NCBI RefSeq assembly: GCF_026571515.1
Contig: NW_026858894.1
Coordinates: forward strand, 1-64,000
Length of the DNA: 64,000 nt
DNA from: Ruditapes philippinarum
Lineage: Eukaryota
Direction of reading: 5' to 3'
In this document: positions 40,401 to 54,379 of the stretch, piece after piece
Numbering within the stretch: position 1 is the first letter of the stretch
Layout of the letters: each line of letters opens with the position of its first letter
The notes under the pieces: model-generated
Databases searched by the model: none
Told to the model about the DNA's origin: nothing
The model's input: only the letters and a program-made list of their open reading frames with translations
Made by a program: the position numbers and the translations under genes

Positions 40401-40779
40401 TGATGAAAAAAAACTTTAAAATTACCCAATTGTTGGTTGAATATTATATTTCTTATTCTTTCAATATATTGCCTAAAAAGCTCGTCTTCAAAAACGATAT
40501 TAATAAAAATACCTCAATAAGATTTCAGAATCTATAGTTATGATTCCTTTCATTAATTTCTAAAACAAGTGGATTATAGAAGATAAGTGTTGACTTACAC
40601 GAGGACAAAAGTATGTCTTTCCCAGAGATGTAAAGAATAATGTTATTATTTTATAAGATCACTTACTGTTTTTTCTGGTATATCGTCTACTCGATTGCTT
40701 TGACATACTGGAGTTTGGTTACGGTCTTCTCTCGGCTTTTCATCGGTAACATGTACTTTGAAGCTTTTTAAATGTATTC
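37330..40779 (-). pseudogene. CHST15 (GalNAc4S-6-O-sulfotransferase)-like sulfotransferase, disrupted; exons 40779-40667, 40186-39964, 39248-39144, ~38574-38421, ~38234-38077, ~37865-37715, ~37510-37330; a possible further 5' exon at ~40950-41110
   Basis: CPCW..RVRCLPYFYLVGMPKCGTTDFF..HP..KKETHWFSRRRF. Downstream exons give SAGTYWDN, PQFTLADVIFKLNPN..KIIFLLR and SVFPRD once indels are allowed. In-frame TAA in the 39248-39144 exon. Confidence 0.78.
39440..39670 (+). mobile_element. Degenerate tRNA-derived bivalve-type SINE
   Basis: B-box GGTTCGAATTCC, CAGGTG..GCTCGTGCCTGA core and AAAGTCGTCATATAACC tail, shared with 53251-53460 and 57510-57655. Confidence 0.6.
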
Positions 40780-43479
40780 CTAAATGAAGCACATAATTAT
40801 ATTTTAAATCAATTAACATCTTCTCAAATTGTAATTTCTTATTACACAAAAGAGTATTCATTACGTATTTAAAGATTTAATCCATTATATTAAAAATGTG
40901 ATTAGGAGAAGAAGTTAAATAAGAGAGTGAAATGAATATTTTAGGGAACCTAAAAAAGTTGCAGGCTATAATTGATTTTGTCAAATTTTCATGGAATGCA
41001 GAATTCAAGATTTGAGCACAATATGCAAAATCAGCTTCCGTGTATAATGTACAAGCGTCAACAACAAATAAATAGGATAATTGACAGTATAACAAGTTAG
41101 AGCATATACTTAAGGATAATTATAAAAGTTTAAAGCTTTACACCACAGGGAAAAAGTGAATACTTTAAAACCACAAGGAAAGAACTGAATACTATGGTAC
41201 AAATGTTAAGGTTGTTCGGTCTACAATAAGCAAATATCCGTAAAATTTTTAATTACTGATAGTCTTAAAAGATGCAATTGTATCATTTTGGTATTTTGTT
41301 AAAATATTTCCTAAATAATTGGAAAATGTTGACAGAGTATATTGTGATTTAGTATGAGCATTTGTTTGATGAATAATACTAATAAATTAAATACTATTCT
41401 GCTACAGAACAATTAATCTTATTTAACTGATATGTAAAGATACGTCATGTGCGATCATGTATATTACACTTACAACATCCTTATATGTATTGTCATTTAT
41501 GATACAGATAACAGACGTTACATAATGGACCAATTTATTTTAAGACAATTTACATTTTGTCTTTTCCTAGGATGTAAAATATACTTGATAATAATGTTTC
41601 ATACATTGATATATATCTTGTTAGATATTTTGCACTTGAAGGATGTTACGGCGAATGTGAAATAATTCGTTACAGAAGTAACAAAAAATAAACAAAAATG
41701 GTATTTTGACTCCAAACAAAATCACCATAAATGTAATATAGTAAGACTATGGGGTTTACAACAAATGACCAACCAATGATACATCCAACTTTTGAAAAAA
41801 AATAACTGGACATTGAAATTTAAAAGAATGTCTTTGAGAATAAAGATTTTAAAGCATTTATGTAGCTTAATGGATCGATTAACATTAAAAGTATAACAGT
41901 TTAGTTATAACTCTCCACATGAAAGTGCTGTTTAACTTTGAATGCACTTTGCCCCAAGTGCCACTTTGTGAAAATATGGCTTCGGGTAATAAACTGTTTG
42001 AAAATGTATTATGATTGTACGTATCGATATAATTATATTTGTGATGCATTCTCAAATTCACTCCAGAAATTAAAATTGCAGAAGTATTTCACTTACCAAA
42101 CTTTGCAATGAATGTGCATGAAAACACAAATGCTAGGATTATCAATTTAAATACCCAAGACGAACATCTTTCATGAAAATCCATAACTGATTAAATGATT
42201 CTAGGCCGTTGACCGTTCGCTTTGAATATATCAGATTTGTTTCTAAATTCCACAAAGCATCATTAGACATAAAAAGTCACTTAAACATATGCATTTAAAC
42301 CTGAAACATTTATCATCGCCTTAAATAATTTGTCAAATGCATGAATGGCGCGGCAAAGACAAAGAAACACGACTTATTCCATTTAATTAGGTCCACATAG
42401 TTCCAATTCGGCAAATATTTACGAATTCAACAGTGTATCTACTTGTAAATATGTATTTAACACATTACCGTTTCCGCACTAAATATATTTTAATTGTAAT
42501 AAAAAGATCTAGCAGAACTTGCTCGCACAAACCTATCGTATGAAATTTGAAAAGTTAAAAGCACCAAATAAAGCATTTTTATTGATTTATTATCCTTAAA
42601 CTGATTTTTTTAAAAGGACTCTACTAACACTTTATTGCTTAAATAAAGAGGATTTGATCCAGTCGTTGGCATTTTTGTTATCGAGGCAGTCATAAAATAC
42701 ACGATTACACGACACATATATCCACTATCTTACTGTCATCTGAATTGTCCAAATAGTTTAATTTTTTCGAGACTTCTAGTAATTTTTCTCTCATATAAGG
42801 TAAAGAAACAAATATAGGATTTCAGGAATCCAACTGTAAAAATATCATCTGCGTAACTGTACTTTGAAAATGACGACAACTTTAAGTTACGTTATTAATT
42901 GTCTGTTTTTTATTGTTCTTTATATGTTCATGCGGCTTTTATCTATTTATGTATTATCCGTTCGTCAGTTCAAACACCTATATTAGGGTTTAGGTATAAT
43001 ACAGTATAACGATTAAAGAACAGTATATTCATTATGTGTCATGAATAACGAACAAAGGTCCAATATGTCACAAGGGAACAACAAAAGAAAAACACTTAAG
43101 ACATTTGGCAACAATCGACACCATCAATCTATTTTTTCATCACTTTAATCATGGTAAATCCGTCATTGTTAGAGGTTACATATAATAAGAATATAAACCT
43201 TCTTTACGTAACAACCGAGTAAGGTGTCATTGCTCAATTTTCTGTTAAAGAAAGTAAAACATAAACTGGTCCAAAGTTTATTTATTTCATGTAGGAAACG
43301 TCAGATAAGAATAAAAGGGAAACGATTAGTAGGGGTGACTCTAAAAGTTGCGTCATCAAAATATGTGAACTAATTGTCATATTTGTAATGAAAGTTTTTT
43401 ATACATAACATAGTCAGTAAAACATTCTACCAACATGTGAAAATGCACAGTAAAATCTAAGTAGCTGAAATTGCATTCA

Positions 43480-44700
43480 GCATGTTACATTTTCAGAGAT
43501 GTAACGAATTGAGTCGTTTGTCAACTTGAAATATATCTAATAAGATTTCATAAATGAATGATTTTGTGCCATTCATCTGTAAACAACTCATTTATTTTGT
43601 AGTTTTTGCTGACCCCAAGGTGGCAATCTGTCAATTATACTAGATAAGAACTCACGACCGCCGTCTTGCAAGCCATTAAACATAATGCACTTTACCACTC
43701 AGCCAAAAAGTCCATTACTGGTTACAGTTGCCAAAGGTTATATTTATAATGATTAAGGTAGTACTCAACACTACGCAGTTAAAAAACTAAAACATATAAT
43801 AAAAACAAAAAAGAATTTGACTTAAAACGAGGATAGCTTAAATTTCTAATTTTATTAAATTGTTAGTTTTTAAGTATATTATTAGTCCAAATAACACTCT
43901 TGTACCACTAAAAAATTAAATATATAAAAATAAATAAATATAATAATAAATAAATGAATAAATAGATAAATACATGGATAAATAAATATAATAATGTTTA
44001 TGTTGTCTAGCTTTACTGGGTTTTATTTATTTATCTATATTGTCAACAGAAACGTTTACAATGTCTTTAAATATCATTTTACATTCGCCTGGTAACTGTA
44101 CGGTTTATGCGGCAATGATTGTTCTATTTATCAACATATTTATTATTAATTCTTTCTTACTTAATACATATGTGCTTCAGTTTTCAATTTAGAGTCCAAC
44201 CCTTCCTCAATTATTATTCTTATAATCCATTGCAACAGCGTCGCAGAATGACACTTTTGCTCAGTGGTATGATGCATTGTGTTAATTGGTTTGAAGGCCG
44301 ACTATCTGAGTTCAAACCCTTAAGATGATTGACGGGTGGCCATCTTGAGGTTAGCAAATACTTCAATACAAAACAGATGTTTAGACAGATGATTGACGTG
44401 AACATTGTTCATTTATGTAATATTTTCAATATTTGTCAAGTAGACAAATTACTCATTTCGTTACACCTCTGATAAAGTAACACATGTTACTTTTGAAAAA
44501 CGTTTTAGCTTTCGTTTAAAGAGAGTAATTAGAATGTATTTGTTCATAGTTTGATCGAATTCCTTTACAGACGATATCTAGAAAATAACAAATTCTTTTT
44601 ACATACTAATAATTCATTTATTCTGTTTACACACTGCAACTCCTGAACACTCTCTCATTTTTATACTGTTTGTTCCTATTCATATGTATTGCTTCTTTTA
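43480..44700. repeat. Second inverted pair of the tRNA-like repeat with an AT-rich spacer; the right arm extends homology to the reverse complement of ~28960-29520
   Basis: Arms at ~43480-43800 and ~44170-44490 are reverse complements of each other. CTCTCATTTTTAT at ~44652 matches the reverse complement of ~29020-29035. Confidence 0.7.
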
Positions 44701-47519
44701 TATGACCAACAACGAAATAACACAATTTGATTTTCATAGTGTCTAATAAACTATGTTTTCTTTTTTTTGGATTTGGAAGAAAGTATAATTGTATGCATAA
44801 AAGAAATGTATGTCTTTAGAAAATCGGCAAAGGTCAAAGAATTGTCAGGTTTTGATAATACAGCCTTGAGGTTTGGTCATAATGTTTATTGAGCTTCCAG
44901 TCAGACATTAACAACATTACAACACATTTACGATCTAGGTAGGTGTTGACTTCAGTGGTCTCAATATCGGCCTTCGTGATTATATTACTACGCATTTGAA
45001 CTCAAACCGTGCATTATTCTACAACAATGTACTCAGAATTGACATCTATTTCCTAAGCAAAGCGGAAAAAAATTATTTCCTTTCCACCGGTTTTAGAGAG
45101 GATGTTGTTTAATGTTGTTTTTTTAATCTAATTTTAGCTCCAATGCTAGATTTCTTCAAGAGACTGTGTAACTTATATAATTGATTATACATGTTTTTGA
45201 AAAGGACAGTTTATAGAACGTTTTTGTCGAGTTTCATCCATTTTTAACTTCCAATTAGTTGAAATGTCTTTTGAAAGTTTTTTTCTGTTTCAAGTTCCGA
45301 TTGTAATTGTATTCAGCAGATCGTGTCAGCTTGAGCCTTTTATGTGCAATAGTACTTTAAGATCTTTCATGCAAATCAGACTTTACACAGCATGTGACCA
45401 GGATGAGTCATTAAAAGTGTATTATACCCTGGCGGATAATTACTGCAGCTATTTTCTAAAAATAGAATATTTTTATCTCAATAAAATTCTAACAATGTGT
45501 TTAAGGTGGAGATTTTTTGCAAGGGAGCATCAAAGATGATTTTCGTACTAAATTCCTTCATAATCTACTCACAGATTAGAAAGGAGATGCCGTTTTATGC
45601 TTATTTCTATTGCTATTTCTGCAATGACTTTTATCAAAGTCTGCCCGGCAGTTGAAGAGAAGTTGATATTCAAGCTTTTCTCTATGTAAGTACATTCTTA
45701 TTCAGCAGAGCGGATATATTTATTTTCTATCTACCTCTTTATAAAAGCATGCTGTTTTAAGTTTTGTATAATAATAGTAGCTTCAATAAAGATCTTGCTT
45801 AGCAGATTATATATACACATGTATTTTTATTAAAGGGCAATTCAAGGATCAATCCTACTGAGATTAATTATATTCGTCTGAGCTGCTGAGAAGATGTTGA
45901 TTTAAAATTTAACTTCCCTTTAAGGCCCGGTGACCATCTTAATCGGCTATTTTTGTACTGGAATTATCATTTTTTAGGTTAATTATAATCTGCCTTGTAA
46001 TAGAAGTGTCGTTTCAAGGTTATTTCTATTTTCAAATCCTATAGCTGGTTTGTTCAATAGACCGTAACGATATAAGCAGTTTTTTGTTAGATGCAAGGCT
46101 TACTCGTTTGAATTTCTGTCCAGAGTTTGCGAAGAGGTTTCGTTTAAATAATTGTGTAATTCTAGCTTAGGCGGCAATATTTGTCATCAGAGTGAAAAGA
46201 CATTTGAAACAGTTGTTAACGAAAAATTAGAAATTATTCCTGTACAAGTTTACCTCATTTCAAATATTGGTTCAGGAGGAGATGATGTACACTGGGTGAT
46301 GGATAACGCCAATTATAATACAAAAAGACATATCAATATGTTATATCATTTAGTTTCATGTTATGTTATAGTTGGTAACGACACATACGATCTGATATAG
46401 ACATTACACTAGCAAACACGCATGCCAGAGTAAACGTTTGATAAATTATAAGACAAAGAAAAAAAATGAATGATTATATCATTCAACATGCCAAGCAAGT
46501 CGTCTTGAAAATTGATTAAAATGTAAAATATATATTCTTAAAAATGTCGAAGAAGATATTTCTCCGTGAACTTAAAAATCCACAGAAGTTTTTTAGGTTT
46601 AAAGAAGTCATTCAATTCTATTCTGAAATGTTTAGATACATTTTACTAAATAGTGGAACATGAAGTTATTTTTCTAAATTTACTTGGCTCAAAGGATGGT
46701 TACATAATTGGTGCAGCCGTCTATCATCTGGACTGATGCAGCCTGATTGAGTTCACAAGCGAAGCCATTAATCTAGCATTGTCATGCATTTCACAGAATA
46801 ATAGTGATTTTTTTCAGATTCACCCCCACCCCCCGTGTTATGACAAGTTAAACACCGAAAGTCCGACAATATCAGTATTTAGGTATTCCTTTACATGACA
46901 TTTCAAACACTAGTCAAATTACTAAATTGATTATCAACATCGTTTAGAAAGATGATGATAAAATAAAGTATTTGAAATAGAGACATACTTCTATTTTTCT
47001 CAAAGTCTGAATGACGACATTTTAGCATTTTTATTAGAAACTCTCGTTAGGAAATGATACAAACAAAGATGAAGAAACTATATCAAATATGTCTATGTTT
47101 ACTTTCCGTAATCAAACGTCAGAGAAGAAGAACGTATTTCCGTAAACGAGATGCGTCTGCTCCAAAAGGTTAGTAGTAATTTAAATCAGCATTGTTACGT
47201 TCCATAATAATGTTTATTTTGTATGTAAGTAGTGTTTAGTTTGGCTATAAACATCCGATAGTAATCACTTTCTCAAATAAAAAAAGTTAATTTAAATCTT
47301 CTTCAAACGAAGTTGCATGAATTATAGAATTGGAAAGGATTAAATGTAATGGCATTCAAAGTTTGTATAGTATAGTTCATCTATGTCGATTAGGGATGAT
47401 TAATAAAGCTTTTCTTTAGATTAATTCACAAATTGTTTCGAAAAACAAGCTTCTGAAGTATTATTAATTAAAAAACACATTATTTATCAAATAGGCAAAA
47501 AACACTTCTATTTTTAGGG

Positions 47520-48290
47520 TCAACCTGTCATTTGAATGATTCCGGGATAACATGTCGCTTATTGCCGTTGGCTGTTTTAAGTGTACTGATGATGATAATA
47601 AGAGCGCATACTATATCAAATAATGTCACACCAGTCTTAAAATATGCATATACATTTTCGAACACTATATTTAAATCAACTATATCAGTGCAAGAACCCA
47701 GAATTCAGACTTTATTTCGGAACAAAAGTGAAATATGGAAATCCAATGTTAAAAAGGTACGTTTGACAATACTGACATAACTGTAAGATGTGTTATGTTC
47801 CGCTGTGTAACATATAAAAAGAATGTGTGTGATACCATCTTAAGAATGATGAATATGTTATTACAAAAGAAAGAGAAGTACCATTAAAACATAAAATCTA
47901 TAAAGGTAGTGCATAAGGAATATTTAGTAGAGAATTAATCAGTTTCATCCTAAATGGCAGCCTGGTGAAAAACGTTTTTGATCTAGTTAAATGATTCGCT
48001 TGAACCTGAGGAATTATGCTTTTCCACTTTAAGAATGTTTCCAAATGCCCCGGGCCTAAATAATAGCGGGTCATTCAAAGGCAATTCATATAAAACACGA
48101 GCAATTTCGTGGCAACCAAATATTTTGTGTTACGACAAAGTAATACGCAAAATTTGTATTTATGGTGTCAAGGATTTACTTGGAGTTTTAGAAAGCAAAA
48201 CGTTTATTGCTAATAAATTCTATGAAGAATTTGAACCTTTGAGTTTAGGTTGTATAGAAATTGAAATGTAAAACAAACTTTTGACGAGGA
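47520..48290 (+). pseudogene. GT14 core-2/I-branching beta-1,6-GlcNAc-transferase (GCNT-like) relic: putative TM/stem exon plus the C-terminal catalytic half
   Basis: 47840-48270 reads KIYKGSA*GIFSRELISFIL ..(frameshift).. NDSLEPEELCFSTLRMFPNAPG..RAISW..C...IRKICIYGVKDL..FIANKF..LGCIE, the canonical GCNT C-terminus. It carries stops and a frameshift, and the N-terminal catalytic half is absent. The link to the TM exon (47520-47756) is inferred. Confidence 0.75.
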
Positions 48291-49094
48291 AAATTTTATA
48301 CCCTTGTCCCGAATTCCGTGTCTGTAAATCAAAAATTCAGACAGTAGAGAAAGTAGGTAAACCGGTATCAAAATATCAAAAGTAGGTCAGCTGATATCAA
48401 AAATCGATTTGGCATCAGAAATTAAACTTCTGGTCCAAAATTAAAATCTGTATGTCAAAAAAACAAGAAAGACTGTAAAATGGTGTCAATAATATCAAAA
48501 GTAGGTCAGCTGATAACAGCTAAACTGATATCAAAATTCAATTGTGCATCAGGCTCAACAGCGTGTGTCAAAATTTATTGAAATGTGCTTTCTGCAAGTT
48601 TGAATCTAATTCGACAAAGATTGAAAAAAATACAATTTTTAACAGAATTCAATAAAAAAGAGCAATCAAACTAATCTCTGTCTGTAAGGTACAGGAAACA
48701 AATGTAATCTTACTTTAGGCCTAAGTTTACTTTCTGGGTAAAAATTTCACACTGACCTTCAAATGACCCTACAGAAAGTTAATGATGCAATGGGTATGCC
48801 AATTCTAGAGCTGAAAATTATTTGATGACGTTATGCTTAACAAGATTGTATTTGTGAAAAAATCAGAATTTATATTTTTTTACTATACAATTGAACTTTG
48901 CCATAGTGCATGTTTAGTGAATTTTGGGGTCAGGGTCTTATTTTAGCATGAAAATGAAAAAACTATGTGCAGATATGTTTTGACCAGATACAAAACGCAT
49001 AGTGTAATAATTGATAAAATGTAAAAGTATTCTTACTTGACAAAAAATAAGTATTTACTATAACATAGCTGTATACTATCTTTTCAATTAAGTA

Positions 49095-50547
49095 CGAGGG
49101 GTGTCCCAGAATTACGTGGACTTTTGCTGTAACTCAAAAACTACTGAAAATAAAAACAAACAAAATTAACATGAACAAAATGCAACTTTATTGCATTAGT
49201 ACAAAAAATTTCAAAGTTGTCCGGCAACTGGATCAGTGTCTGTGGGCAAGGTAATGAGACAATGGGTAGCGGGTGCGGGGCAGTTCATTCCGACGTTACG
49301 ACGTCATTCCGGTGGCGTCGCTAGTTGTTAATAAATGCGTGGCGTCGAATGTCAGTTTTTCTCAACATAGTCGCCGCCTAACTCAATACACCTATGGTGT
49401 CGATATATCCACTGGTCGTACACCGCCCTGTATAATAATAATAAAGCATACTATTAACTTTTGTTACGATAATAGTGTTAAAGACGACGGTGNNNNNNNN
49501 NNNNNNNNNNNNNNNNNNNNNNNNNNNNNNNNNNNNNNNNNNNNNNNNNNNNNNNNNNNNNNNNNNNNNNNNNNNNNNNNNNNNNNNNNNNNNNNNNNNN
49601 NNNNNNNNNNNNNNNNNNNNNNNNNNNNNNNNNNNNNNNNNNNNNNNNNNNNNNNNNNNNNNNNNNNNNNNNNNNNNNNNNNNNNNNNNNNNNNNNNNNN
49701 NNNNAGACAATGTGCATTCACAAGGGAAATAACCTATCATGCGCACTGCTTACTATAATAGCAGTTTGAGTTCACTTTCTTAAAAGCTGAAGCGGATAAA
49801 TTGCGTTTAAAATAATAAATTGTGATTAGCTTAATTTTTAAAAATCATTTTTTTAGACACAAAATTATTGCTTACTCTTGAATAGTACTCAGCATTGCAA
49901 CGCCTGTCCCGATCTATGACGTCCTTGACTTCCTAATATTGACGCCGCAGTCAACGTTGACTTTCTCCCACGACCCTTGTCGTCTTCAATATCCTCCCGG
50001 CCGTCTCGAAAACGCTTATGCCACTTGAAAACGAGTGATCGACAAACAGGAGGTCTCACTTTTGCAGTCTCCAACATTTCCTGCGTCTGTGTTGGCGTCT
50101 TCCCAAGATTAACACAAAACTTGATGATAGTCCGATGTTCCGCGTAGTCCGTGGACGTCATTTTTTGTTAAATATCCAAGAGCAACGGTTGTTAGTTGTC
50201 CGCTGGTAAACAATAATGGAAACAGCTATGACGTCAAAATTTCAATCGAACGTTCATATGACGTCACTGCATATTCTTACGACGTCGCGCCATTTTTTAC
50301 GTATAAATACGCAAGATATACGAAAGTAAAGACAACTTATTAATACAAAATATTGGACTGCCCCGCCCTGCGCATACTGCGTTACTATAGCGACGTAAAA
50401 TATAGAGAAGCAATGTTAGAAATTTAGAAATAATGGACATATTCATTAAGGATATGTTAAAGGTATTGTGTACAAATTTGCTAAAAAAATGCATTGAAAA
50501 ATAAAAAAGTTATAGCAAAAGTCCACGTTATTCTGGGACACCCCTCG
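49095..50547 (-). mobile_element. Mariner-family DNA transposon (internally deleted, contains N-gap 49493-49704)
   Basis: TA|CGAGGGGTGTCCCAGAATTACGTGGACTTTTGCT ... AGCAAAAGTCCACGTTATTCTGGGACACCCCTCG|TA. Confidence 0.92.
49889..50161 (-). pseudogene. Truncated mariner (Mos1-type HTH) transposase N-terminus
   Basis: EHRTIIKFCVNLGKTPTQTQEML..VFKWHKRFRDGREDIEDDKGRGRKST. No catalytic DDD domain follows. Confidence 0.88.
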
Positions 50548-51149
50548 TATTACCCATTTTTGAAAACATTTATGATTTAAAATCATCATTATAAAGTTAT
50601 TATATGAGTAAAAGGATGTTGTTAACCATTATATCCTTATAATGTGCTCAAATTATTTCATAAATATCAATCTATCTCTTGCCAGTCTTGGTCATGACCT
50701 CAAATACTTTCATCAGCAAACAGGTTATTTCTCCCAGCTATGGAATATTTTTTAAGGAAAATTGCATAACATAACACATTCCAACATAAGCTGTTTCTCT
50801 TTCATTCAAGAATATACTATGCTCAAATTTCATATTTGATAATATTTTATAATTGCTACACAGGGTCTTTGTAAATATAAAATAAATATGTTTTAACTCT
50901 ACACAAAGCTGTGTTTTAAATTATACAAACTATAGGTGGTTACAAGATGAATATGTAGTGTTATTAAAAAAGTGGCAGTTTTTTTTAGAAAAGACTAATT
51001 GTTCTCGACCTGTAATAGGGCACACAGCTTCCTATAGATAATTTATTCATTCATTTGTTCAAATTAGAAATACTTAGTAAAAATGACAAATATTACAATA
51101 AATCTATGTGATAATGATATTTTACGCAATGATGAACATAGTGTATCTT

Positions 51150-52022
51150 TAAACTACAATTTGAAGAAATGCCATGTCCTGGGACATTTAACTTTTAGCG
51201 CTCCCTAAAAGGGCAATCTTATTAATATGAGCAAATTTGAAAGAAGACTACATAAAACTACTACAGACAAGTGTCGCCGATCATTCATCATTTACATCAG
51301 TACAAACTATAATTTAAATACTTTTCTAATTTTAGCTATAGAGACCCCAAAAGGGGCCAATCAAATTAATATTAGCAAATTTAATAAAATCATTTATTAG
51401 GTCTGAAGGAGACGTTATAAGGCTAAAAAGGGCCAGTCAAATTGATATGAGCACACTTGATAAAATACTACCTAAAAATGCTACAGACAAATTTGGTGAT
51501 CATCCATCTATTAGTTCATTAGAAGATGACGATTTCTTTTTAGCTTTAGCTGCTCCTAGAAGGATCCAATCAAATGAATATGAGCAAATTTGATAAAAGA
51601 CTACCTAAGAAAGCTACAGACAAAGTTTGCTGATCATCCATCTATTAGTACAGTAGAAGAAGACGATAAAAGTTTTTTTTCTCTATTTTTATCTTTAACG
51701 GCCCCTAAAAGGGTCCAATCAAATTAATATAAGCAATTTTGATAAAATACTACATAAGAATGCTGCAGACAAAGTTTGGTGGTCATCCATCATTTACTTT
51801 TAAATTAGTAGAAGAAGGTGTTTAAAAGTGTTTCTTTTTTTAGCTCTTTTGATCCTTACAAGGGGCCTGTCTCAAGACTGTCACAAGAATGCTACAAACC
51901 AAATCTTAGGTAAATCTTCCCAGCAGTTTCAAAGAAGTAGAAAACAAATGATGACGGACGCCGGACCATCCCCCTTTGGTACTAATAGCTCACCCTTAAC
52001 CTTCGGTTTTGGTGAGCTAAAC
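51150..52022 (+). mobile_element. Helentron-associated (HINE/pearl-like) element with an internal tandem array of ~120-150 bp units
   Basis: About five repeats of CCCCTAAAAGGG..CAATCAAAT.AATATGAGCAAATTTGA..CTACAGACAAA..GATCATCCATC. Terminal palindrome TAGCTCACC...GGTGAGCTA at ~51987-52020, preceded by GACGGACG. Confidence 0.7.
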
Positions 52023-53250
52023 ACGTATAGTAAACAATTTGAAAAATATTCTTGTTCTATGTCATTGAAACACTTATATATGAGCATATGGCACTTTAAC
52101 TTTTTAATTTGAAAATAAAAACAAATTAAACTCTTCTTACATAGCTTTGTAGAAAATAACAGTAGTTTCTTCTACAAACTCACGATTTAAAGCTTTTAAA
52201 TATCTATTTAAATACACTGTTTTCATTCTAAAAACTCTATAATTATATATTTTTATATATATCTTATCATCCTCTTATAAGAGTTTTACAAAGAGTGTTC
52301 ACTAAAAAGATATTGCATTTTCAATGTTTCATTTATTGTTTGTTTTCTAATGACCCTAGACATAGATCATTATTAGAAAGGCACTACTTCAAAGAGTAGC
52401 TAGCAATGTAAACGGAAATCCTATTGTTTATGGTTATTTTAGTTTGGTATTAATCTAATGCTGTTATCTTTCTAAAGAAACTTTAGACTGTGTGCGTATT
52501 ACTGCCCTACATATGATCTTAAACATTAACGGACAAGGAACATCTGACTTCATCCATACTATGATTCTTTTTCCAAGCCATGTCTGTTTTAATTAATGAA
52601 GGAGAAATTAAACAGAGATACGGGTCTTATTTTGTACTTATTTCTACTATAAAATCCCAATACGGTTTATTGATACTGATATACTTGTAGTTTTGTAATT
52701 TTAAATGCGGCTTTAACAATTCATATATTTCAATTTGAAGCATAAAAGATCGTTGAAAAAAAAATCAAAAGTATAATTCATTGTTTGTTATTGCTACAAC
52801 GATTTGTACAAATTTGATAAATAACAATTGCGGAATTGGTTCCATTGAACCTGGTCTTTATTATTTATTATTACAAATATTTTACCAATATTACAATAAG
52901 ATTGCATACTTGCTAGATTAAAACAATGTCGTAGAAGAGATAGATGCCATTAACATATTGTGGTTAGATATGATTCACAGATCATCAATAAGCATGTCAT
53001 GAATTATAAAATATTTTGAAGAACTACCATCAAATGTGTTAATGATGCCAAAAATTAGCTACTTAAATACAACAAACAAATATATGGGCTTTATTTATTT
53101 TGATTATAGTTAAAGATTTAAAACCTAACATACCAAACCAAAATCAACCTATTTCACCTTTTTTACACACACATGTGTATAAACGCACACGCTGCATTAC
53201 AAAAGTCCCAATTATGTTGTTTCCAAAATAAGATTTCTACAGAACATCTT

Positions 53251-53460
53251 AGGGGTGCCAGTGGCACGGTGGATAATGACGTTGACTTCAAACCACTTTC
53301 CCCTCACCACTGTGCTATCTAGCTAGCTTACTTAACTTACTTCGGCCATACTACTGAGGTGCCTGCCTAAAATAATACATGCAAGGGCATCTGAGGTCAT
53401 TCTCTACCAGTAACGCTGAACGTCGCCATATGACATATTGGTGTGACGTAAAACCCAACG
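53251..53460 (+). mobile_element. tRNA-derived bivalve-type SINE (internally deleted)
   Basis: A-box-like GTGGCACGGTGG, CCCCTCACCACTGTG, CTAGCTAGCTTAC, GGGCATCTGAGGTC, and tail GTCGCCATATGAC..GGTGTGACGTAAAACCCAAC. Confidence 0.7.
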
Positions 53461-54379
53461 AGAAAAGAAAAGTATTAAAAAACAACCGTCTTAATCATTA
53501 TATTTGTTTATTTTTATAATACTACTATTGAGCAATTTATTTCTCTATAAACGTTATTAATATCTGCATATATATTACGAATCGTCAGATAAGAAACAAT
53601 TGTTCAATTCATAGCACACATGTTTCGTTTTAAAGTTGTCATTCAGTATTTCTTTGCACCGTTTTCAACAGGAACTCTTCAGAAATTATTTCTCAATCGA
53701 ATATTGCGATTGTTCAGTTACCGGATTTTATCGCCGATTATCATTGAGTTACATTTAAATGGTTGAAACCACAAACGCCAAAAGACATTGACAATTTTAC
53801 TGATATGTTTAGAATCTATGTAATACATAATCATTCTAGATATTTTACAATGGAATTCCTTTTAAAAATACACGTGTAATATCAAAGCCCATGCCCTTGC
53901 CATTATTTGAACGGTGTTTATACCCAATAATAAGTAAAAATTGATACATACATAAAATAAGTGATCAAAATCAATAAATCTATAAGTATCAACCTTTGTT
54001 GTTCTTCTTGATATGCAAGTTTTCTATCTACAATGAAACTAGAATATCATTGAAACTAAAATACCTTTTATAAATTCTAAAAAAAAATAAAACTACATAC
54101 TTATCTGTTGAAAAAATAATAATATTGATATTCTCTCAAGGAGACAAAAGTAGAATTTTCAGGACGAGGTTGTTGTTCTAGAGATAGAATCTCATATTTA
54201 CCTAACGAAATACTTTCTCGATAGAAAGAAAGCTTCGAATAAACTTGCTTGCAATAGAAGATATTGCAGCAAAATCCATTTAAACAGTTTGTGAGATAAT
54301 TAAATGTGCAAAATATAATAAGCAAAGGACTCCATCAAAGATTACAGAGTATTCGTGATCAAACGTAGTGGACTAGTTA

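Noticed and set aside
44250-44325. tRNA gene
   Set aside because: A/B-box-like motifs are present but there is no cloverleaf; it is part of a multi-copy degenerate repeat.
44800-46400. Coding-looking stretch with ORFs 45264-45539 and 46152-46400
   Set aside because: The frames I translated are interrupted and show no recognisable motif; left unassigned.
46720-46775. Hammerhead-ribozyme-like CTGATTGAG...CGAAGC
   Set aside because: The core deviates from CUGANGA/GAAA and I could not find convincing flanking stems.
51150-51900. CRISPR-like array
   Set aside because: Whole units repeat with no unique spacers, the context is eukaryotic and there are no cas genes; it is a satellite inside a HINE-like element.
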